From Alphaproteobacteria bacterium (GTDB taxonomy: Bacteria; Pseudomonadota; Alphaproteobacteria; RF32; CAG-239), in contig JAFUSA010000008.1 of assembly GCA_017480745.1 (NCBI GenBank), positions 86,090 to 150,089 on the forward strand: a DNA stretch of 64,000 nt, given 5' to 3'. Shown here piece by piece: positions 57,450-64,000 of this stretch. A program made the translations under genes and the position numbers. Every line of letters begins with the position of its first letter. The stretch's first letter is position 1. The notes beneath the pieces were generated by a model, which was given only the letters and a program-made list of their open reading frames with translations, was not told the DNA's origin and searched no databases.

Positions 57450-57687
57450 AAAAATCAAAGGCCACCAAACGGTGGCAGGGGAGTTTACAAATCATAGAGT
57501 TTAAAATGATCCGCGCAATTTTTAGGCACAAACCCTGAACATTTACCACGCGCTCCCCGACCAAGTCGGAGATATTCATCATATCTTTAACGATGTTAAA
57601 AAAATTAACACCGTAAACTCTAAGAGCTTGTAAAGGCCCTGAACCGAAGTTCTGTTTCTATAATATCATAGAATTTTAAAAAGTCAA
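57450..57687 (-). promoter_or_regulatory. Class B structured leader of pilin paralog 10
   Basis: Minus strand: TTGACT (57687-57682), 16-nt spacer, TGaTATTAT. gaac-ttcg-gttc, tgttaa..ttaaca, atatctccgacttggtcggggag, gcgcg..tgcgc, actcccctgccaccgtttggtggc + T-run. Confidence 0.75.
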
Positions 57688-57709
57688 ACTATTTATAATA
57701 TTACTTACA

Positions 57710-57739
57710 CCAAAAATTCAGGGGCGGAAAACCGCCCCT
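57710..57739 (-). terminator. Terminator immediately after rplO
   Basis: aggggcgg-aaaa-ccgcccct with gaattttt following on the minus strand. Confidence 0.75.
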
Positions 57740-57764
57740 ATAAAACTTTAAGCAACGTTTCAAA

Positions 57765-58217
57765 TTAAGCAATGCTTACTTTACCACCGGCTTTTTCAAC
57801 CGCTGCAACAGCTGCTTTGGATGCAGAATTTACGGTAATATTAACGCTGCTGGTAATCGCTCCGCGAGCCAACAAACGAATACCGTCTAACTGCTTAGAA
57901 ATTACATTGGCTTTTAATAAAGCTTCAACAGTAATTTCCTTGGCATCTAATTTGCCGGCATCAACAGCTTTTTGAATGGTATCCAAATTTACAACAGCAT
58001 AAGTCTTTGCAAACGGATTTTTGAAACCATGCTTCGGCAATTGACGATACAACGGCATTTGTCCGCCTTCAAAACCCAACTTTGCGCCGCCACTGCGAGC
58101 TTTTTGACCCTTATGACCAAGTCCGCAGGTCTTGCCCTTACCGGAACCAATACCGCGACCAACGCGTTTACGATTCTTTGTAGCGCCTTCGTTGTCTTTT
58201 AATTCATTAAGTTTCAT
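57765..58217 (-). CDS. rplO: 50S ribosomal protein L15
   Basis: [30 protein letters not shown]. Confidence 0.95.
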   Translation of the reverse strand: MKLNELKDNEGATKNRKRVGRGIGSGKGKTCGLGHKGQKARSGGAKLGFEGGQMPLYRQLPKHGFKNPFAKTYAVVNLDTIQKAVDAGKLDAKEITVEALLKANVISKQLDGIRLLARGAITSSVNITVNSASKAAVAAVEKAGGKVSIA

Positions 58218-58367
58218 TTTTTATTATCCTTTTCTGTATTCACTCTAAAAGGTTTCTTTCTAAAAAACTTCGGCAAAGAGGCTTGTGATTGTTTATTTTG
58301 TAAGTGTGCATACAAATCAACACACAAGCACGCAAATTAAGCAATACAAAGCCCCTTTTGCAAAGTT

Positions 58368-58556
58368 TTATTCTTCAACCTTAACTAAGTGAGCCACCTT
58401 CTTAATCATTCCACGAACAGCAGGAGTATCCTCCAACTCAACAGTGCGGCCAGTTTTGGTCAAACCCAAACCTCTTAAATTCAGTTCCTGACTTTTCGGA
58501 CGACCAATTGTGCTGCCGATTCTGGTAACTTTTATAGTTTTATTTTTAGTTGCCAT
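58368..58556 (-). CDS. rpmD: 50S ribosomal protein L30
   Basis: [24 protein letters not shown]. Confidence 0.93.
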   Translation of the reverse strand: MATKNKTIKVTRIGSTIGRPKSQELNLRGLGLTKTGRTVELEDTPAVRGMIKKVAHLVKVEE

Positions 58557-58559
58557 GGA

Positions 58560-59126
58560 TTAAGCCTCCTCTTTTACATCTTTGGCACCGTTTTCACGAC
58601 GGCTTACAATATCGCCGACTTTCTTACCGCGTTTTGCTGCAACCATTCTTGGAGAATTGATTGCTTTCAAAGCGGCAAAAGTTGCCTTAATCATGTTATA
58701 CGGATTGTTAGAACCCAAAGATTTAGCCACTACATCCTGCACACCTAAAACTTCAAATACGGCACGCATAGGACCACCGGCAATAACACCGGTACCGGCA
58801 GGAGCTGTTCTAAGCACAACTTTACCTGCACCGAAACGACCGGAAATATCGTGGTGCAAAGTTCTGCCCTCACGCAATGGAATACGAACCATATTTTTTC
58901 TGGCTTCGTTTGAAGCTTTAACAATAGCGTCCGGCACTTCCATAGCTTTACCTGTTCCCAAACCGATACGGCCTTTCTGATCACCGACAACAACTACTGC
59001 GGCAAAGGAAATTGTGCGGCCGCCTTTAACAGTTTTGGCAACGCGATTTACGTGAACTAATTTTTCAACTAATTCATCTTTCAATTCTTTTTTATTATGA
59101 CGATCTGTATTTTGTACCATCTTCAT
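58560..59126 (-). CDS. rpsE: 30S ribosomal protein S5
   Basis: [12 protein letters not shown]...GTGVIAGG. Confidence 0.95.
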   Translation of the reverse strand: MKMVQNTDRHNKKELKDELVEKLVHVNRVAKTVKGGRTISFAAVVVVGDQKGRIGLGTGKAMEVPDAIVKASNEARKNMVRIPLREGRTLHHDISGRFGAGKVVLRTAPAGTGVIAGGPMRAVFEVLGVQDVVAKSLGSNNPYNMIKATFAALKAINSPRMVAAKRGKKVGDIVSRRENGAKDVKEEA

Positions 59127-59129
59127 CTC

Positions 59130-59492
59130 CTAAAACTTCAAACCTGCTTCACGAGCAGCTTCCGCCAAAGCTTTTACACGACCGTGATAGATATATCCAC
59201 CACGATCAAATACAACTTCGGAAATACCGGATTTTGCTGCACGTTGAGCAATTATTTTACCAATGAAGCCGGCGGCTTCTACAGTAGAAGATTTTTTAAT
59301 TTCCCCTCTTATATCCTTATCCAAGGTGGAAGCAGAGGCAACCGTTAAACCTTTTACATCGTCAATGATTTGCGCATAAATATGCTTACCACTGCGGAAA
59401 ACAGATAATCTCAACTTTCCGTTGGCAGCGGCTTTAATAGCAGATCTTACACGCGCTTGTCTTCTTTCAAACAATTTTTTTGGTGTATTCAT
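59130..59492 (-). CDS. rplR: 50S ribosomal protein L18
   Basis: Spc operon order. ..[26 protein letters not shown]. Confidence 0.95.
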   Translation of the reverse strand: MNTPKKLFERRQARVRSAIKAAANGKLRLSVFRSGKHIYAQIIDDVKGLTVASASTLDKDIRGEIKKSSTVEAAGFIGKIIAQRAAKSGISEVVFDRGGYIYHGRVKALAEAAREAGLKF

Positions 59493-59503
59493 CGACTTAT
59501 TCC

Positions 59504-60040
59504 TTATTTCTTCTTACCTTCTTTACGACGAACAGTTTCATTCGCATATTTTACACCTTTACCTTTATAAGGTTCCGGCTTTCTGTATTTGCGAATTTCG
59601 GCGGCTACTTGACCTACCAATTGTTTGTCTGCACCAAAAATGGAAATTTGGGTAGGAGCGGCACAAGTGATTTTGATTCCTTCCGGAGCTTCAAAAACAA
59701 CATCGTGAGAAAAGCCCAAAGACAAAATCAAATTTTTGCCTTCAACACGAGCTTTATAACCTACACCAACCAATTCCATATCTTTGGTAAAGCCTTCGCT
59801 CACACCCTTAACCATATCATTAATGCGAGCGCGAGTTGTTCCCCACAAAGCTCTTGACATATTGCTTTGTGATAACGGAGTCACCGTAACTTTACCGTCT
59901 TCAAATTTTGTAGCAACATGACTGTCGTCAAAAGAATAACTTAATTGACCCAACTTGCCTTTTGCTACAACTGTATTGTTATTTATGCTCAATTCTACAC
60001 CGGCAGGAATAACAACAGGATATTTACCTACTCTTGACAT
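59504..60040 (-). CDS. rplF: 50S ribosomal protein L6
   Basis: [15 protein letters not shown]... Confidence 0.95.
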   Translation of the reverse strand: MSRVGKYPVVIPAGVELSINNNTVVAKGKLGQLSYSFDDSHVATKFEDGKVTVTPLSQSNMSRALWGTTRARINDMVKGVSEGFTKDMELVGVGYKARVEGKNLILSLGFSHDVVFEAPEGIKITCAAPTQISIFGADKQLVGQVAAEIRKYRKPEPYKGKGVKYANETVRRKEGKKK

Positions 60041-60052
60041 TCCATCCTCCTC

Positions 60053-60451
60053 TTAGAATACTTGGCACAAAACTTCGCCGCCAACATTGGCCTGACGGGC
60101 TTCATTATCACTCATAACCCCCATCGGAGTAGAGATAATAGAAATACCCAAACCGTTATATACTCTCGGTAAGTCTTTAACGCTTGAATAAACGCGACGA
60201 CCCGGAGTGGATACACGGTAAATTTCTGTTATAACGGCGGTACCTTCATGGTACTTTAATTGAATACGAAGTTCATCAACACCAGGTCTTACATTGCTTT
60301 TTTCATAACCGGCAATGTAACCTTCTCTTTTCAAAACTTCTAACACATTTTCACGCAAGCGAGAAGCAGGTGATACAACATCACTCTTTTTCGCTCTTTG
60401 TGCGTTTCTGATGCGTGTGAGCATATCGCCCAAAGGATCACTCATAGACAT
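60053..60451 (-). CDS. rpsH: 30S ribosomal protein S8
   Basis: [17 protein letters not shown]... Confidence 0.95.
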   Translation of the reverse strand: MSMSDPLGDMLTRIRNAQRAKKSDVVSPASRLRENVLEVLKREGYIAGYEKSNVRPGVDELRIQLKYHEGTAVITEIYRVSTPGRRVYSSVKDLPRVYNGLGISIISTPMGVMSDNEARQANVGGEVLCQVF

Positions 60452-60465
60452 GATATCATTCCTCC

Positions 60466-60771
60466 TTACCAGCTTGATTTTACTAAACCAGGAATTTCGC
60501 CAAAGCTTGCCAAATCTCTCAATTCAACACGGCTTAAACCGAATTTTCTGTAATAACTACGTGAACGTCCCGTAAGTTTGCAACGATTACGAATACGAAT
60601 CTTTGCGGAGTTCTTCGGGAATTTTTGCAAAGCAAATTGAGCTTGCATTCTCTCTTCCGGAGATGCATTTTTATCCATCATTATTGCTTTTTGTTTTTGA
60701 CGGCGGTTCGCATACTTAGCAGCCATCTTAACTCTTTTCAAGTTTCTGTAAACTGAACTTGTTTTAGACAT
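60466..60771 (-). CDS. rpsN: 30S ribosomal protein S14 (long, 101 aa form)
   Basis: ...[41 protein letters not shown]. Confidence 0.95.
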   Translation of the reverse strand: MSKTSSVYRNLKRVKMAAKYANRRQKQKAIMMDKNASPEERMQAQFALQKFPKNSAKIRIRNRCKLTGRSRSYYRKFGLSRVELRDLASFGEIPGLVKSSW

Positions 60772-60785
60772 AGTAAAATCTCCGC

Positions 60786-61340
60786 TTATTTCTTGTAAGG
60801 CAAGTTAAATGAAGTCAGCAAAAATTTTGCTTCTTCATCTGTCTTGGCAGTTGTGCAAATAACAACATCAAGTCCTCTTACTTCATCAACTTTTTCATAG
60901 TTGATTTCTGGGAAGATGATTTGTTCTTTAATACCGAAGGCGAAGTTACCTTTGCCATCAAAGTTCTTACCGGTAATACCATGGAAATCACGGATTCGCG
61001 GCAATGCCATGTTTACCAATCTTTCTAAGAACTCATACATTCTGTCCGAACGTAAAGTTACTTTGCAACCAATCGGCATACCTTCTCTTAACTTGAAAGT
61101 TGCGATAGATTTACGTGCCTTTGTCATAACCGGTTGTTGACCAGCTATTAAGGCCAGTTCTTCCATTGCGGATGTTACTTTTTTCTTATCGGTAACAGCA
61201 TCGCCGATACCCATATTCAAAACGATTTTTGTCAGCTTTGGAATCTCATGTGGGTTTTTGTAACCGAATTTTTCCACAAGAGATTTCTTTATGACATCGT
61301 TATATAAAGTTTCAAAATTAGTCATAAAATTTTCTCCCAT
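60786..61340 (-). CDS. rplE: 50S ribosomal protein L5
   Basis: Spc operon order and sequence. Start is either 61340 (TAATG overlap with rplX) or 61325 (RBS gggaga). Confidence 0.93.
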   Translation of the reverse strand: MGENFMTNFETLYNDVIKKSLVEKFGYKNPHEIPKLTKIVLNMGIGDAVTDKKKVTSAMEELALIAGQQPVMTKARKSIATFKLREGMPIGCKVTLRSDRMYEFLERLVNMALPRIRDFHGITGKNFDGKGNFAFGIKEQIIFPEINYEKVDEVRGLDVVICTTAKTDEEAKFLLTSFNLPYKK

Positions 61341-61648
61341 TAATCGATTACTTCACCGGATTTACGCGCAACACGCACTTTTTTACCATCAACAACTTTG
61401 TAACCTACTTTGGTGGCTTTACCATCTTTGTATATGGCTACATTAGATGTGTGAATGGCAGCTTCCTTGGAAACAATTCCTCCCGGATTGTTTTGAGAAG
61501 GTTTTGTGTGGCGTTTAACCATATTAATACCTTCAACAATAACCTTGTTTTCCTTAGGCATTGCTTGTTTCACTACGCCGGTTTTACCTTTGTCGTCTCC
61601 CGACAAAATGATAACCGTGTCGTTTTTCTTTATTTTCATTTTCGGCAT
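61340..61648 (-). CDS. rplX: 50S ribosomal protein L24
   Basis: [23 protein letters not shown] motif. Confidence 0.95.
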   Translation of the reverse strand: MPKMKIKKNDTVIILSGDDKGKTGVVKQAMPKENKVIVEGINMVKRHTKPSQNNPGGIVSKEAAIHTSNVAIYKDGKATKVGYKVVDGKKVRVARKSGEVID

Positions 61649-62016
61649 TACAATACCTCCGGTGCTAACGAAATGATTTTCATAAATTTCTTTGCGCGCA
61701 ATTCTCTTGTAACAGGGCCAAAGATACGAGTACCAATCGGCTCACCGTCTTTATTGATTAAAACTGCGGCGTTATTATCAAAACGGATTACACTTCCGTC
61801 CTTGCGGCGAATATCACTGGCCGTTCTTACGATTACGGCTTTGTAAACATCACCTTTCTTTACATGCCCCTTTGGCAATGCTTCTTGTATAGCAACAACA
61901 ATCACATCACCAACAGAAGCAGTTTTTCTCTTGGAACCACCAAGAACCTTGATGCACTGCACCTGACGTGCGCCGGAATTATCCGCTACATCGAGGTTGG
62001 TTTGCATTTGTATCAT
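61648..62016 (-). CDS. rplN: 50S ribosomal protein L14
   Basis: [17 protein letters not shown]... Confidence 0.96.
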   Translation of the reverse strand: MIQMQTNLDVADNSGARQVQCIKVLGGSKRKTASVGDVIVVAIQEALPKGHVKKGDVYKAVIVRTASDIRRKDGSVIRFDNNAAVLINKDGEPIGTRIFGPVTRELRAKKFMKIISLAPEVL

Positions 62017-62034
62017 TTTTCTATTCCTTCATAT

Positions 62035-62274
62035 TTAGGCGTTATCTGACGAAATTACAGTCCAAGATTTGTTCTTGGAAATAGGGCGGCATTCTTCAAT
62101 GGACACTCTATCGCCTACCTTGTACTGATTGTTCTCATCGTGTGCAGCAAACTTTTTGCTTTTTTTCACGAACTTTTTATAAACAGGATGCATAACCTGA
62201 CGCTCTACACTGACTACGACAGTTTTATCCTGCTTATCACTTACAACAACACCTTGAAGAATTCTCTTAGGCAT
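62035..62274 (-). CDS. rpsQ: 30S ribosomal protein S17
   Basis: [20 protein letters not shown]... Confidence 0.95.
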   Translation of the reverse strand: MPKRILQGVVVSDKQDKTVVVSVERQVMHPVYKKFVKKSKKFAAHDENNQYKVGDRVSIEECRPISKNKSWTVISSDNA

Positions 62275-62284
62275 ATTCTTTCTC

Positions 62285-62482
62285 CTAACTATTCTTCTTG
62301 CGCTCAGTAATGAGCGTGTTGATTTGAGCTACTTCACGGCGAACCTTTCTGATATTAGAAGTGTTCTGCAGTTGTCCGGTTGCTTGTTGAATACGCAGAT
62401 TAGCTTGCTCTTTTTTGCATTCCAACAATCTGCCTTCCAATTCATCAATCGTCATAGCACGTAAATCTTTAATTTTAACCAT
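62285..62482 (-). CDS. rpmC: 50S ribosomal protein L29
   Basis: Position between rplP and rpsQ. ..[25 protein letters not shown]. Confidence 0.93.
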   Translation of the reverse strand: MVKIKDLRAMTIDELEGRLLECKKEQANLRIQQATGQLQNTSNIRKVRREVAQINTLITERKKNS

Positions 62483-62916
62483 TATGCTTCTCCTTCAGAT
62501 ATATCAGAGTTCAAGCGCTTTATAAATTTGCACTTAACCGGCAATTTAGCAGCACCCAATTCGAAAGCTCTGCGAGCGATTTCTTCAGAAACGCCGGCAA
62601 TTTCAAACATGATACGCCCCGGTTTTACTCTTGCTACCCAAAATTCAATAGCACCCTTACCTTTACCCATACGTACCTCAGCCGGTTTATCGGAAACAGG
62701 TACATCCGGAAAAATTCTGATCCACAGCTTTCCGGCTCTCTGCATCTGACGAGTAATCGCACGACGAGCAGCCTCGATTTGACGAGCGGTTACACGTTCA
62801 GGAGTCAGAGCTTTCAAGCCGAACGAACCGAAATTCAATTCTGCTCCACCCTTAGCCAAGCCGTGAATACGACCTTTATGCTGTTTGTGGAACTTTAAAC
62901 GTTTTGGACTTAACAT
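62482..62916 (-). CDS. rplP: 50S ribosomal protein L16
   Basis: [16 protein letters not shown]... Confidence 0.96.
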   Translation of the reverse strand: MLSPKRLKFHKQHKGRIHGLAKGGAELNFGSFGLKALTPERVTARQIEAARRAITRQMQRAGKLWIRIFPDVPVSDKPAEVRMGKGKGAIEFWVARVKPGRIMFEIAGVSEEIARRAFELGAAKLPVKCKFIKRLNSDISEGEA

Positions 62917-62935
62917 CTTACCTAAACCTCACTGA

Positions 62936-63604
62936 TTATTTTTGTTCAGCCAACTTCTTATCTTGCGCCATCGGATCATGACTCATAATTTCGCCTTTAT
63001 AGATCCATACTTTCACGCCGCAAGCACCATAAGTAGTATGAGCTGTTGAAGTTGCATAGTCTATGTCAGCACGCAGTGTGTGCAAAGGTACGCGACCTTC
63101 ACGATAATATTCCGTTCTGGCAATTTCAGCACCGCCCAAACGACCACTACAGCTAACCTTAATACCTTCTGCACCCAAACGAAGAGCCGATTGCATAACG
63201 CGTTTCATTGCTCTACGGAAAGCAACACGCTTTTCCAACTGCTGAGCAACAGAATCAGCAACCAATTTGGCATCCAATTCAGGTTTTCTTACTTCAACGA
63301 TATTTAATTGAACCTCGGAATCGGTCAACTTTTGAATTTCTTTTCTTAAAATTTCAATATCTTGACCTTTCTTACCGATTACAATACCCGGTTTAGCAGA
63401 ATGAATGGTAACTCTGGCTTTTTTAGCCGGACGCTCGATAACGATATGGCTAACACCTGCCTGAGCCAACTTTTCATTCAAAAATTTTCTGATTTTCAGA
63501 TCTTCGTGGAGATAGTCAGTAAACTTTTCATCAGCATACCAACGAGAGTCCCAAGTGCGGTTAACACCTAAACGAAGACTGGTAGGATTAACTTTCTGTC
63601 CCAT
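62936..63604 (-). CDS. rpsC: 30S ribosomal protein S3
   Basis: [24 protein letters not shown]... Confidence 0.96.
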   Translation of the reverse strand: MGQKVNPTSLRLGVNRTWDSRWYADEKFTDYLHEDLKIRKFLNEKLAQAGVSHIVIERPAKKARVTIHSAKPGIVIGKKGQDIEILRKEIQKLTDSEVQLNIVEVRKPELDAKLVADSVAQQLEKRVAFRRAMKRVMQSALRLGAEGIKVSCSGRLGGAEIARTEYYREGRVPLHTLRADIDYATSTAHTTYGACGVKVWIYKGEIMSHDPMAQDKKLAEQK

Positions 63605-63608
63605 TTAT

Positions 63609-63965
63609 TTACTCCCCACTCTCTGAAACAACGATAGTCATGCTGGAAAACGGCTTCAAAATACGAGCGCTTCTACCACGGCCACGTGCATTCATACGTT
63701 TCATTACTATACCCTTACCAACATAAGCTTCGCTTACAACTAACTTATCAATGTTAAGGTTGTGATTATTTTCTGCGTTTGAAATTGCCGATTGCAACAA
63801 TTCCAAAGCAACCTTTGCGATTCTCTTTTTAGAGAAGCTCAATTCGGCTACCGCTTTTTCAACACCCAATCCGCGAATGGTTTGCGCAACCAAATTCAAT
63901 TTGCGCGGACTTGTGCGAATGGAGCGACATACTGCCTTTGCTTGTTTTGCATTATTCATAGCCAT
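63609..63965 (-). CDS. rplV: 50S ribosomal protein L22
   Basis: Sequence and position upstream of rpsC. Confidence 0.94.
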   Translation of the reverse strand: MAMNNAKQAKAVCRSIRTSPRKLNLVAQTIRGLGVEKAVAELSFSKKRIAKVALELLQSAISNAENNHNLNIDKLVVSEAYVGKGIVMKRMNARGRGRSARILKPFSSMTIVVSESGE

Positions 63966-63967
63966 AA

Positions 63968-64000
63968 TTAACCTCTCTTCGCTGTAGTTTTAACGTGACC
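63968..64000 (-). CDS. rpsS: 30S ribosomal protein S19, C-terminal end (partial at the right edge)
   Basis: In-frame ..[10 protein letters not shown]-stop read on the minus strand. Expected position upstream of rplV. Confidence 0.6.
   Translation of the reverse strand, partial: GHVKTTAKRG

Noticed and set aside
3276-57687. The 13 repeated 170-230-nt elements could be MITEs or other mobile repeats.
   Set aside because: They have no terminal inverted repeats or target-site duplications that I can see. They are always oriented with a promoter at one end and a terminator plus RBS at the other. They diverge by base-pair-preserving substitutions. This fits duplicated regulatory leaders better than transposable elements.
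1-64000. CRISPR arrays, rRNA operons, transposases, integrases and prophage genes.
   Set aside because: I found no regularly spaced direct repeats with unique spacers and no rRNA-like sequence. No ORF carries transposase, integrase or phage hallmark motifs.

Overview
Low-GC window from a Gram-negative, Proteobacteria-like genome. Supporting markers are holC, hflK/hflC, an mlaC-like gene, a FadL-family outer membrane protein and a DegP-like protease; anaerobic nrdDG suggests an anaerobic lifestyle. Most genes are housekeeping. These include polA (partial), a PBP1A-family gene, rplM-rpsI, recA, ftsK, pssA and two tRNA-Leu genes. Also present are the ffh-rpsP-rimM-trmD-rplS operon and the S10/spc ribosomal cluster from rpsS (partial) to rplO. 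The unusual content is a dispersed family of 10 paralogous prepilin-like genes. All share an identical processing and helix segment, G|RSMIEMLGVLAIIGVLSVGGIAGY. Each has its own near-consensus sigma70-type promoter followed by a conserved, structured leader of about 200-230 nt that ends in a terminator-like hairpin just upstream of the RBS. The leaders fall into two sequence classes. Class A has 8 copies plus one 3' fragment; class B has 4 full copies plus one short variant. Both classes share a 5' module and the same three-segment logic, in which a middle segment can pair with either an upstream copy or a terminator-overlapping copy of the same motif. Several stems show compensatory substitutions between copies. 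Two leaders precede non-pilin genes, one is an orphan with no downstream gene, and one 3' fragment sits where the ftsK terminator would be. I do not recognise these leaders as any described riboswitch or RNA family, so I regard them as a candidate undescribed riboregulatory system controlling a pilin-like regulon. Secondary observations are a class III ribonucleotide reductase whose glycyl-radical domain is a separate small ORF, tandem NrdR boxes, an orphan PilT-like ATPase, and a ribosomal-protein cluster that stops at rplO where a pilin cassette begins. No CRISPR array, rRNA, transposase or integrase was seen.
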